Below the pieces are notes generated by a model. That model ran no database searches. It saw nothing but the letters and a program-made list of their open reading frames with translations, and was not told the DNA's origin. This document shows positions 48,431-58,105 of a DNA stretch of 64,000 nt, piece after piece (the stretch's first letter is position 1; every line of letters begins with the position of its first letter). The position numbers and the translations under genes are program-made. This DNA is from Nannocystaceae bacterium ST9. GTDB taxonomy: Bacteria; Myxococcota_A; Polyangia; Nannocystales; Nannocystaceae. Where the stretch lies: contig JBLWFJ010000001.1 of the NCBI GenBank assembly GCA_048320885.1, positions 1,477,642-1,541,641 on the forward strand. Reading direction: 5' to 3'.

Positions 48431-49225
48431 TCAGGTCTTGCGGCAACAGGCGAAGCGGAACGCGACCATCACCGTGTGGATCGGCTGCAAGCGGGTGTTG
48501 ATCCGCAGGTCATAGTCGACGCCGATCCGCACCATCGGCTCGCGGCCGAGGTTGAGGCCGACACCGACCACGCCACCGACCGCCGGCAAGGTTCGATCGA
48601 GGCGATGTCCGGTCGGCAACCCACCGACGGCGCCCACACCCGTGCGCAGATAGAAGGGCCCGACCAGCAAGGTCGAGGTCACGTCGGCGCCACCGGCCGG
48701 CGTCTTGCGCCCGTAGTAGGGCTGCATGTTGAGCGCGACGCCGAACGAGAGCGCGAGGTCGCGGTAGCGATGCTCGAGCGTGCCACCGAACTCCATCTCG
48801 AAGCGGGTCATCGGATGGAAGCCGCGGTAGTGCAGCGACATGCCGGGCGCGATGCCGAGTCCGAAGTAGCCGGAGCTCAGCTTCAAGGTGGTGCGCCGCT
48901 CGGGCTCGGGCGTGTAGGGCTCGCTCGGGTAGCTCGGATAGGGCTCGACGTAGTCGGTGGTGGCGACCGGATACTCGGTCGGAGCGACAGCCGGTGCGGC
49001 CGTGGTCGTGGTCGCCGAGACGTCGACCGGGGCGATCACGGGATCGCCCGCCGGGACGACCATCACGGGTTCGGGCGCAGGCGCGGGTTCGGGCGCGGGT
49101 GCGGCCTCGACGGCGGGGGCCGGATCGGCCGGCAGCGCCGGAGGGTCACCCGCGAACGCCAGGGTCGGGATCAACAGAGCAGCGAGAGAGGCGAAGGAGA
49201 CGGAGGCGATCGAGAGGTAAGCCAT
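48431..49225 (-). CDS. hypothetical secreted protein (Pro/Ala-rich N-terminus, beta-rich C-terminus)
   Basis: Signal peptide MAYLSIASVSFASLAALLIPTLAFA. GC3-rich frame. Confidence 0.4.
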   Translation of the reverse strand: MAYLSIASVSFASLAALLIPTLAFAGDPPALPADPAPAVEAAPAPEPAPAPEPVMVVPAGDPVIAPVDVSATTTTAAPAVAPTEYPVATTDYVEPYPSYPSEPYTPEPERRTTLKLSSGYFGLGIAPGMSLHYRGFHPMTRFEMEFGGTLEHRYRDLALSFGVALNMQPYYGRKTPAGGADVTSTLLVGPFYLRTGVGAVGGLPTGHRLDRTLPAVGGVVGVGLNLGREPMVRIGVDYDLRINTRLQPIHTVMVAFRFACCRKT

Positions 49226-49455
49226 GGTTGTCACTCGCTCGGGGTTCGCCGACGGAACGGGTCGGACCAGCATTCGCTTCCGGCAGACGTCGCTCGAGGT
49301 GATCACATGCACACGCACATCGGCCACATGCAGGCGTGGATCGCCCGTGCGAGAGTTTGCGCGTCGAACGGCGCTGGACACCTCGACCGCGAGCCGCTTC
49401 AATCCCGGTCCCTCCTGCAGCCGCTCTTGGCGGTGCCAGAACGGGAGAAACTCCA

Positions 49456-49814
49456 TGGCCAAGCAGTCTCCGCTCCAAAAGATCAACACGCAGTTCGGGT
49501 CCAAGAAGGACCTCGCCACCAAGCTCGCCGCCGTGCTCGAGCCGAACGAGGGCGAGTCCAAGGAAGACCTCGCCGCTCGCCTCCTGCACGTCGCCAACGC
49601 CAAGCTGATCCACCTCGAGGCGCTGGTCGGCAAGGTCGAGAAGCACGGTGGCCGTGCCGGCTTGATCGAGACGATCGCCAAGCACGAGCGCAAGCAGAAG
49701 GACGCGGACTTCCGCAAGAGCCTCGAGTCCCGCACGCTCGGCTGGCTGGTCGACCGCGTCGAGATGCTCGAGCATCGCGCCAAGTCCGCGAAGCCCGCGC
49801 CTGCGAAGCCCTGA
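49456..49814 (+). CDS. small hypothetical protein (119 aa, Lys/Glu-rich, helical)
   Basis: ATG preceded by GGGAGAAA. Coherent coding frame in a moderately lower-GC region. Confidence 0.4.
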
Positions 49815-50390
49815 CCGCGCGCTCGCGCGACAACGAGAGCCGGCACCCTTCGGGATGTCGGCTCTCGTCGTCTTGGATTCCGATGAGAGTGAAACTCGAA
49901 GATCGATTTCGAGCATCCCCGGCGCGCGTGACTACCGGAATTTCGGCATCACTGGAATATATCTCGTGAGTCCACGCGGGCCTTTCGACCAAATCTCTCG
50001 AATTCAAATGATTCAAGCCAATTTTCGGCGATCACCGATTTTCCGCTGAGACTGCACTTCGAGTCGACACGTCGAGACCGTTCCGCTATAAGTGTTCTCA
50101 GAAGACGGGCCCCACAAGGACGTGAGGCCGGTCAGGGACGACCACTCAGCCACGAAGAGGCCACATACCATGCGATTTCTCACTGACATGCTCCTTCGCC
50201 GCACTCGTGAAGCCTCGGATGTCGTCGTCGCCAAGCCGCGCGCTCGTGGCAAGTCGCCCCGCGCTCGTCTGCACGAGGACGCCTGGTTGATCCTGGGCTG
50301 ACCCGCCCAGCAGTCTCGGACTGCGGTCCCACGGCAAGGCCCGAACTCGCGCGAGTTCGGGCCTTCGTCCTTGGTTCTCGACTCTGGAGC

Positions 50391-52226
50391 TCAGCTCCGT
50401 CGGCGACGCAGCGGCAGCAGCCCGACCAGCAGGACCAGCCCCGCGAGCGAGCCCCCGCCCTTGCCCCCGCCCGCGCTCGAACACGAGCAGCCCGACTCGC
50501 CGCCCTCGTCGACGCCGGCACTGGTCTCGCCGACTTCGTCGTCGCCGGTCGCGTCGCTCGTGGAGTCGCCGGTGTCGCTCGTCTCGCCTCCGCTCGAGTC
50601 GGTGCCCGTGTCTTCGTCGCCGATCAGCCCGGTCAGCGGCACGCTGGCCGACGCCTCGGCGAGCACGATCGGCACGCTGCCGCCGATCGCATCGAAGGCG
50701 TCGGCGACATGCGTGCCGGCGTCGTTGGTCTGGTTGGTCTCGGCCAGGAACTCGAGGTAGCTCGGCGTGTTGATCCAGTAGAGCAGCCGGACCTCCAGCT
50801 CGAGCGTGTCGGGCTGGCCCGGGGTCTGATCGGCGAGCTCGACCGCCGCAAAGGCGTAGTCGATCGCGTCGACGTTGGGCCAGGTGTCGTCGGGCAGCAG
50901 CGCGTAGCGATCGCCGACCGGATCGGTCTCGGGGTTCGCGGTCAGGCCCTTGGGCGGGAGCCGGTTGTCGACCACCCAGTGATCGTTGAGCAGCAGGTGC
51001 AGGCTGGCCCCGTCCGACCAGCGCTCGGCGATCGCCTCGTAGCGACGGACCTGCGGATCGTCGGCGATCGTCCCGGCGGCTTGGTCCCACAGACCCGAGC
51101 TCCAGACCAGCTCGCCCTGGTAGCGGGCGCTGACCTCGATCCACATCACGCGGCCCTCGCTGTAGCCGGTCGGCAGCTTGTGTCCGGTCTCGTTGGTGAC
51201 CGTGACCGGCAGGCTGACCAAGCCCTCGCCGAGATCGATCGCGTCCGGGAACGCGACCTCGAGCGTGGCCGCGGTCTCGACGAAGGCCTCGGCCCAGCCG
51301 ATCGACTCGTCGAAGCGCCAGTCGGGCACCTCGCCGGTGCCCGCGTCGCCGTAGAGCGACTTGGCGACCTGCATGCCGCCGACGTTGGCCCCGACCAGCA
51401 CGTGCCGACGCCCGCCGCTCGCGTGCGGGGCCCCGGCGAACATGTTGCAGCCGAGCGTCGGGCTGGTGATCGCCGGCATGTGACAGTCCTGGCAGCTGCG
51501 CTGATCGGGCCCGGGCTCGGCGAAGTCGCTGGCCAACCACTCGCTGTAGGTGCGCTGCTCGTTGAAGAGCACGCCCATCCCGACCCCGCGATCGTCGACG
51601 CGCTCGCGCGGCGTGCTGACGTCGTGACAGGTCCCGCACATCCGCGAGCTGGGCAGGAACTCGAGATCCTGCGCCCAAGGATGCTGTGGTTCGGGCCCGA
51701 ACTCCTCGTAGGCCCAGGGGCCGCGGCGGGGGATCAGCTCGCCGACCGGTGCATCGCCGAGCACGAACTGCGCGTTGCCGGCCGGCGTCTCGCCGTCGTC
51801 GATCATCCGATGGCAGAAGTCGCACTCGATCCCGGCCCGCTGATCTTCGCTCAGCTGATCGAGCGCGATCACGTCGGCCTGACCGTCGAGGAACGCACGC
51901 GGCGAATGGCAGCGCACGCACTCCTCGGTCTCGCCGGGGACGGCCTGATCCTGGCTGGCGATCGCGACTCCGGCCCAGAACACCGGATCGCGGGCGCTGT
52001 TGCTCATCATCGATCCCTGCCAGGCCCAGGGCTCGACGCTGCCTCCGTTGGCGAGCTCGACCTCGTTGGTGAGGAAGTCGTGGCAGGTCGAACATGTCTG
52101 CGCCGGCTCGAGTGCCTGCTCGAGTTCACCGGGCTGGGTCGGCGTGGCCTCGACTCGACGCCCCCCGACGAGCAGGCCGAGCGGGAGGGTCAGGACCACC
52201 AAACCGATCGCAGAGCGCCGATGCAT
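50391..52226 (-). CDS. multiheme (5x CxxCH) c-type cytochrome with MYXO-CTERM-like C-terminal sorting tail
   Basis: Heme motifs CSTCH, CVRCH, CDFCH, CGTCH, CQDCH. Signal peptide. C-terminus GCSCSS-Gly-rich-hydrophobic-RRRRS. Confidence 0.7.
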   Translation of the reverse strand: MHRRSAIGLVVLTLPLGLLVGGRRVEATPTQPGELEQALEPAQTCSTCHDFLTNEVELANGGSVEPWAWQGSMMSNSARDPVFWAGVAIASQDQAVPGETEECVRCHSPRAFLDGQADVIALDQLSEDQRAGIECDFCHRMIDDGETPAGNAQFVLGDAPVGELIPRRGPWAYEEFGPEPQHPWAQDLEFLPSSRMCGTCHDVSTPRERVDDRGVGMGVLFNEQRTYSEWLASDFAEPGPDQRSCQDCHMPAITSPTLGCNMFAGAPHASGGRRHVLVGANVGGMQVAKSLYGDAGTGEVPDWRFDESIGWAEAFVETAATLEVAFPDAIDLGEGLVSLPVTVTNETGHKLPTGYSEGRVMWIEVSARYQGELVWSSGLWDQAAGTIADDPQVRRYEAIAERWSDGASLHLLLNDHWVVDNRLPPKGLTANPETDPVGDRYALLPDDTWPNVDAIDYAFAAVELADQTPGQPDTLELEVRLLYWINTPSYLEFLAETNQTNDAGTHVADAFDAIGGSVPIVLAEASASVPLTGLIGDEDTGTDSSGGETSDTGDSTSDATGDDEVGETSAGVDEGGESGCSCSSAGGGKGGGSLAGLVLLVGLLPLRRRRS

Positions 52227-52359
52227 GGCCGCGATGGTACGAGAGTCGGGAGCAGTTCGATTTGTGAGTTTTTGCGGTCGAGGCGAGTGATCGGCCCGAT
52301 GGCGGCGGTCGTCGAGCACGCGCGCGCATGATATGGTGCGCCCGGACATGCCCCCAGTC

Positions 52360-53214
52360 ATGCGCACGACTTCTTCGCGGTTGTTTGCTGGTTTGGTCGC
52401 GACGGCGTTGGTGCTCGGCCCCGTTCAGGTGGTCCACGCCGAGCCGCCGGGTGACACGGTCGACGAGCTGTTTCCCTACGGCCAAGAGAAGTTCGACGCC
52501 GAGGAATTCGGCGAGGCCGGCGACGCCTGGGCCAAGGCCGTTCGACTCCTGCCCGAAGACAAGAAGAACGCCGCGACCCGGCAGACGCTGGTCAACCTCG
52601 CGCTCGACGCCTACCTGCGCGCCTACAAGTCCAAGGACGATCGCACCTTCGTCGACGCGGCCAAGACCCTGCTCGACGACTACGAAAAGTCGCTGCAAGA
52701 CGCCCACGGCACGGTCGAGCTGACGCCCGAAGTCGCCGACGCCAAGCAGAAGATCGACGACGCGCTCGCCGACATCAAAGCCAAGGAAGAAGAGGCCGCG
52801 CGCCTCGCCGCCGAGGCCAACAAGGAGCCCGAGCCCGAACCCGAGCCCGAGCCCGAGCCCGACAAGAAGAAGCCCGGCACCGGCCTGATCATCGGCGGTG
52901 GCGTGCTGGTGGGTTTGGGCGTGGGCGGTGCCGGCCTGCTCATCGGTGGCGTGGTCGGTGCGGCGTCGGCCCAGAAGGCCAACGACAGCGCCGCGGACGA
53001 TTCGCCCGAGAAGGCGGCGGCGCAGAAGAAGGGCGAGACGATGAACGCCCTCGAGGTCGCCGGCGCGGTGACCGGGGCCGTGTTCCTCGGAGCTGGCATC
53101 GCGCTCTTGGTGATCGGGCTCAAGAAGAACAAGGCGGCCGCCAAGGGCAACGCGATGGTCGTTCCGACCTTCGGGCCCGGCTATGCCGGCATCGGCTTCA
53201 CGGGCCGGTTCTAG
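52360..53214 (+). CDS. hypothetical secreted/membrane protein with an (EP)n linker and Gly-rich TM segments
   Basis: Signal peptide, helical N-domain, EPEPEPEPEP linker, two Gly-rich hydrophobic helices. Confidence 0.4.
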   Translation: MRTTSSRLFAGLVATALVLGPVQVVHAEPPGDTVDELFPYGQEKFDAEEFGEAGDAWAKAVRLLPEDKKNAATRQTLVNLALDAYLRAYKSKDDRTFVDAAKTLLDDYEKSLQDAHGTVELTPEVADAKQKIDDALADIKAKEEEAARLAAEANKEPEPEPEPEPEPDKKKPGTGLIIGGGVLVGLGVGGAGLLIGGVVGAASAQKANDSAADDSPEKAAAQKKGETMNALEVAGAVTGAVFLGAGIALLVIGLKKNKAAAKGNAMVVPTFGPGYAGIGFTGRF

Positions 53215-53217
53215 CTT

Positions 53218-53420
53218 TAGGAGGCCCTTCCGCGGGCCTCCCCCGTCCCGGCGAAGCCGTGACGGGACCCCCTCCTCGCAAGCGCTTTGCGCCTGTTCGC
53301 TTCGCCTTCGCTCGCTCATGTCGCTCGGAGGCCGTCCAGACATCCCGGGACGGCGCGTCGCGGGTACCTCCTCGCAAGCGCTGCGCGCCCGTCGGCTCGT
53401 GTCAGGGTGCGCGGGCGCGC
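53218..53420. repeat. GC-rich interspersed repeat (same family as 6203-6580)
   Basis: The motif ggaggcccttccgcgggcctcccccgtcccg...gtgacgggaccccctcctcgcaagcgctttgcgcctgttcgcttcgccttcgctcgctca, followed by a partial second copy. Confidence 0.75.
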
Positions 53421-53433
53421 TATCTTGCGCGCG

Positions 53434-54078
53434 ATGCTTCGCGCTTCGACCTCCTCGCTCCTCGTGTCCACGCTGGTCGCCCTGAGTGCCTGCGGGGTTC
53501 GGGGGAGCGGCGAGTCGGCGACCGAGACCCGCTCGCTCGATCCCTTCACCGAGATCGAGTTCAGCGGGGCCTTCGATCTGGTCGTCCATGTCGGCGACTA
53601 CGAGCAGAAGGTCGAGGTCAGCGGCGACGACAACATCGTGGCGAGGATCGAGACGCGGGTGAGCGGCGACGCGCTGATCGTCGAGCACGACGGCTGGCTG
53701 CGACCCGAGCTGCCGCTGGTGGTGGAGGTCTGGGTCGGCTCGCTCGCGAGCATCGACGCGAGCGGGGCGACCAACCTCGACGTCGAGGGGCTGCATGGCG
53801 AGCGCTTCGAACTCGACATCTCGGGGGCGGCCGACGCCGATCTGCTCGGCAAGGTCGGGCGCTTCGACGCCTCGATCTCGGGGGCGGCCGACGTCGACGC
53901 GCGCAGTCTCGAGGCCGAGTCGGTGATCATCAACATGTCGGGCGCCGGCGAAGCCGAGGTCTGGGCGACGCGCGAGCTCGAGGCCACGATCTCGGGCGCC
54001 GGGCATGTCGAATACTGGGGTGAGCCGAGCGAGGTCCGCGAGAGCGTCAGTGGAGCGGGCACGGTCCACAAGCACTGA
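53434..54078 (+). CDS. lipoprotein with GIN/DUF2807-like (putative auto-transporter adhesin head) repeats
   Basis: Lipobox LSAC. Repeated 'SGAADxD / SGAGxxE' beta-helix-like units. Confidence 0.45.
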   Translation: MLRASTSSLLVSTLVALSACGVRGSGESATETRSLDPFTEIEFSGAFDLVVHVGDYEQKVEVSGDDNIVARIETRVSGDALIVEHDGWLRPELPLVVEVWVGSLASIDASGATNLDVEGLHGERFELDISGAADADLLGKVGRFDASISGAADVDARSLEAESVIINMSGAGEAEVWATRELEATISGAGHVEYWGEPSEVRESVSGAGTVHKH

Positions 54079-54172
54079 TCACTGCTGGTAATCGCGGTCA
54101 GGCAGCTCGCAGCGACGCGCATGCCGACCACGCCGCTGGACGCGGCCGCGCGGCTTGGCGCAGCATCGACGC

Positions 54173-55522
54173 ATGGCATCGCTGCTGCGCGCGTCGTTCG
54201 TGGGTGTCGGGTCGCTGAGCCTGGCCCTGATCACTTCGGGCTGCGGGGACGATCGCGGCCGAACCGGCGACGACGAGCTCGGGATCGAAGGCGGCCTCAC
54301 GCTCGACGAGGGCACGAGCACGGCGAGCACCGGCGGCGAGCAGGTCGACGACGACGAGAGCGGCGTGAAGTTCGACATGGACATCACCGACGCGATGGGC
54401 AACGGCGGCGACTGTCCGGGCGGCACCGGCATGCCGGGCGACGTCGAGTTCAGCTTCATCTGGGTCGCCAACTCGCCGCAGGGCACCGTCTCGAAGATCG
54501 ACACCAAGACCGGCCTCGAGGTCGCCCGCTACGTCGCCGGCCCCGGCGTGCCCGATCCCTCGCGGACCTCGGTCAACCTCTACGGCGACGTGGTCGTCGC
54601 CGATCGCAACGGCGGGCTGGCCAAGATCGCGGTCGAAGAAGAGGGCTGCGAGGACTTCAACGGCGTGCCCGGGATCCAGACCTCGCAAGGGCCCGGCGAC
54701 GTGCTGGCCTGGGGCGCGGACGAGTGCGTGGTCTGGCAGCTGCCGCTGGCCGCGTCGGGGCAGTTCGGCCCGCGCCCGGTCGCGTGGGAGGGCGGCGATC
54801 AGAACGGCTGCGCCCTGCCCAACCCGCGCGTGTGGATCGGCTACCGCGACGCCGCGAACGGCTACTTCAAGCGGCTCGACGGCAGCTCGGGGGCGATCCT
54901 CGACGAGGTCACGATCCCCTGGGCGCAGTACACCGCCGCGTGGGGCCCCTACGGCGGCGCGACCAACAAGGACGGCGACTTCTGGGTGGTCGGCCACAGC
55001 GTGGGTCCGTTGGTTCGAATCGACTCCGACAACCTCGTGCCGGAGATCATCGAGATCCCGGTCCCGCCGAGCGGCTCGAAATTCACCTACGGCATGGCGC
55101 TCGACGCCGACGGGCGGCCTTGGGTCGCGGGCGGCGACTACGTCTACAACTACGATCCCGCGACCGCGCAGTGGACCTTCATCAACGTGCCGAGCGGATC
55201 GATGCGCGGCCTGATGGTCGACAAGGAGGGCCGCGCCTGGGTCGCGAACAACGGCGCCTCGTTCCTGGTCGAGATCGACACCGTCAGCAAGACGCTGATC
55301 AACCCCGCGGTGCCGCTGGCCGGAGCGCTGACGCCGGTCGGGATCAGCATCGACGTCGACGGCAAGGTCTGGGTCGTCGATCAGGGCGCGAGCATGGCGT
55401 TCAAGGTCGATCCCGACACCTACCAGACCCTGCTGACGGTCAGCGGGTTGGTCTCGCCCTACACCTACTCGGACATGACCGGGGCCGGGCTCGGGCTGGT
55501 CACCTTCCCACCGACCGAGTAG
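54173..55522 (+). CDS. lipoprotein, beta-propeller-like, unknown function
   Basis: Lipobox ITSGC and a Gly/Asp-rich linker. Repeated 'DGxxWV' propeller-blade-like motifs. Confidence 0.45.
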   Translation: MASLLRASFVGVGSLSLALITSGCGDDRGRTGDDELGIEGGLTLDEGTSTASTGGEQVDDDESGVKFDMDITDAMGNGGDCPGGTGMPGDVEFSFIWVANSPQGTVSKIDTKTGLEVARYVAGPGVPDPSRTSVNLYGDVVVADRNGGLAKIAVEEEGCEDFNGVPGIQTSQGPGDVLAWGADECVVWQLPLAASGQFGPRPVAWEGGDQNGCALPNPRVWIGYRDAANGYFKRLDGSSGAILDEVTIPWAQYTAAWGPYGGATNKDGDFWVVGHSVGPLVRIDSDNLVPEIIEIPVPPSGSKFTYGMALDADGRPWVAGGDYVYNYDPATAQWTFINVPSGSMRGLMVDKEGRAWVANNGASFLVEIDTVSKTLINPAVPLAGALTPVGISIDVDGKVWVVDQGASMAFKVDPDTYQTLLTVSGLVSPYTYSDMTGAGLGLVTFPPTE

Positions 55523-55526
55523 CGAA

Positions 55527-57989
55527 TCACCCGAGCACCTCGCAGTAGCGGGCGAGGATCGTCCGGCTGCCCGAAGCGAAGCGCAGGTTCAATTTCATGT
55601 GCTCGCCGGTCCCGCTCCAGCCGATCACCGAGCCCACGCCCCACTTCACGTGGCGGATCCGCATGCCGACGTAGACCCGGGTCGCGGCCGGCTCGTCGTA
55701 GACGATCATCGGCTCGTCGGCGGCCGGGCCCGCGTCGTCGGCGAGCACGTCGAGCGGATCGAATTTGTCGAGGTCGAAGTCGAGGCTGGCCTGCGCAGCG
55801 CCGATCGACGCGCGCTCGCTCGGCGCTGCGCTGGCCGGTGGCGATGCGAGCCGCTTCGCGGCCTCGCGCGGCGCGTACTCGGGGTCGAGCTCGATGTCGT
55901 CGTTCCAGCTCGGCGGTCGCTCGGGCTTCCATGCCGGAACGCCGTAGGCCGAAGCGGCCCCGTAGTCGGAGCCCGACCGGCTGCGCTTGCGCGCCGGCTT
56001 GTTGGCTCGCCCGTAGCGGACCACCGCGCCCTCGGGCAGCGCCCGCAAGAAGCGCGAGGGCTCGTTCTCCTTGGTCGTGCCCCACAAGAAGCGCCGCTCG
56101 ACGTGGCTGAGCAGCAGCCGCTTGCGCGCGCGCGTGAGCGCGACGTAGGCCAGGCGCAGCTCCTCTTCGAGGCCATCGGGATCCTCGCCGTCGATCACCC
56201 GCATGTGGGGGAACACGCCCTCCTCCATGCCGGTCAGCAGCACGTGATCGAACTCGAGGCCCTTGGCCGAGTGGATGGTCATCAGCGTGATCGCGTCGTC
56301 GCGCTTGACCGTGTCGTCGGCGTCGGTCGCCAGCGAGATCTGCTCGAGGTACTCGGCGAGCGTGGCCTCGGGCTGCTCGAGCACGAACTGTTGCAGCGAG
56401 CCGAGGAACTCCTGGAGGTTCTCGAGTCGGGCGTTGCCCTCGGGCTCGTCGGCGATGCTGTCGGCGTAGCCGGTCCGCTCGAGCACCAGCGCGGCGGCCT
56501 GATCGTGGGTCAGGCCCGCGGCCTCGCGGCCGAGCTCGACCACGACCTGATGAAAGTCGGCGACCGCCTTGGCCGGGCTGCGCCCGAGCTCGGTCTCGCG
56601 GACCCGCCCGCATGCGGCGAACACCGAGATGCCCTGAGCGAGCGCGAAGCGGGTCAGGGTCTCGATCGTCTTGGCGCCGATCCGCCGGGCCGGGACGTTG
56701 ATGATCCGCAGGCAATCGAGGTCGGACCCGGGGTTGGTCATCAGCCGCAGGTAGGCGATCAGGTCCTTGATCTCCTTGCGGTCGTAGAAGCGGATCCCGC
56801 CGAGCATCCGGTAGTGGATCCCGTGCAGGCGCAGCGCCTCTTCGAGCGGCCGCGACTGCGCGTGGGTCCGATAGAACACGGCGATCTGCGAGGGCGTGGC
56901 GTCGTGGTCGATCGCCTGCTGGACGAAGCTGGCGACGTGGCGAGCCTCCATGCGCTCGTCGACGAACCCGTGCAGCTCGACCGGCTCGCCGGGCCCGAGC
57001 TCGCTCCACAGCTGCTTCTCGTGCCGGCGCCGGCCCAGGCGGATCACCGCGTTGGCGCAGTCGAGGATCAGCGAGGTGCTGCGGTAGTTCTGCTCGAGCC
57101 GGATGACCTCGCAGCCGGGGTGGCGATCCGGGAACGCGAGGATCTGCTTCACGTCGGCCCCGCGCCAGCCGTAGATCGCCTGGTCGTCGTCCCCGACCAC
57201 GCAGAGCTCGGCCCGCTCGGCCAGCAGATCGACCAGCTCGGCCTGGACCGGGTTGGTGTCTTGATACTCGTCGACGACCACGTGCTGAAAGCGGCGGCGC
57301 AGGCCGACGACCGGATCGACGTCGGCGAGCTGGCGACCCGGGCGATCGGGCGCCGGCGCGCCGGCCTTGCGCAAGAGCTCGACGGTCAGCGTGAGCAGGT
57401 CGCCGAAGTCGGCCGCGTCGGCGGCCCGCATGCGCTGCTCGTAGAGCTTCCAGGCCTTCTGCGTCCACTCGCGGACGGGGTCCCAGAGCCCGAGCTCGTC
57501 GATCCGCGCGAGCCCGAGACCCTGGTTCTTGGCTTGATCGAGCTTGCCGAGCGCGGCGCTGACCGAGAACAGCTTGCTGTCGATGTCGAGGTCGTCGAGC
57601 ACCCGCCGCATCAGCTTCTTCTGATCGTCGACGTCGTAGATCGCGAAGTTGCGCGAGAGCCCGACCCCCTCGCCGTTGCGCCGGAGGATCCGCGCGCAGA
57701 TCGAGTGGAAGGTGCCGATCCACGGGCCGTTGCGGCGCAGCTCGTCGAGGTCCATTCCGAGCAGCCCGGCGATCCGCTCGCGCATCTCGCCGGCGGCCTT
57801 GTTGGTGAAGGTCACCGCGAGGATCCGCCAGGCCGGGACACCTTCGCCGATCAGCGCGACGACGCGATGCGTGATCACTCGGGTCTTGCCCGTGCCCGCG
57901 CCGGCCAAGAGCAGCAAGGGCCCGCCGCGATGATCGACGCCGGCCTGCTGGGCTGGGTTGAGGGGCAAGCTCATGCGGCGGGTGGTCAT
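55527..57989 (-). CDS. uvrD: UvrD/PcrA-family DNA helicase with C-terminal extension
   Basis: Walker A AGAGTGKTRV and helicase motifs (DEYQDTN, TIHSAKGLEF). Extra ~120-aa C-terminal domain. Confidence 0.9.
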   Translation of the reverse strand: MTTRRMSLPLNPAQQAGVDHRGGPLLLLAGAGTGKTRVITHRVVALIGEGVPAWRILAVTFTNKAAGEMRERIAGLLGMDLDELRRNGPWIGTFHSICARILRRNGEGVGLSRNFAIYDVDDQKKLMRRVLDDLDIDSKLFSVSAALGKLDQAKNQGLGLARIDELGLWDPVREWTQKAWKLYEQRMRAADAADFGDLLTLTVELLRKAGAPAPDRPGRQLADVDPVVGLRRRFQHVVVDEYQDTNPVQAELVDLLAERAELCVVGDDDQAIYGWRGADVKQILAFPDRHPGCEVIRLEQNYRSTSLILDCANAVIRLGRRRHEKQLWSELGPGEPVELHGFVDERMEARHVASFVQQAIDHDATPSQIAVFYRTHAQSRPLEEALRLHGIHYRMLGGIRFYDRKEIKDLIAYLRLMTNPGSDLDCLRIINVPARRIGAKTIETLTRFALAQGISVFAACGRVRETELGRSPAKAVADFHQVVVELGREAAGLTHDQAAALVLERTGYADSIADEPEGNARLENLQEFLGSLQQFVLEQPEATLAEYLEQISLATDADDTVKRDDAITLMTIHSAKGLEFDHVLLTGMEEGVFPHMRVIDGEDPDGLEEELRLAYVALTRARKRLLLSHVERRFLWGTTKENEPSRFLRALPEGAVVRYGRANKPARKRSRSGSDYGAASAYGVPAWKPERPPSWNDDIELDPEYAPREAAKRLASPPASAAPSERASIGAAQASLDFDLDKFDPLDVLADDAGPAADEPMIVYDEPAATRVYVGMRIRHVKWGVGSVIGWSGTGEHMKLNLRFASGSRTILARYCEVLG

Positions 57990-58105
57990 ACCGCATTTGC
58001 CCGATGACGGCGTTCGGCTCGGGCAATTCCCGGCGCAAGCGCTGCCGGCCGCCGCCTGCGATCGTGACTCGGCGCCCCGGCGCGGATCGTGATAACCCCG
58101 ACCTC

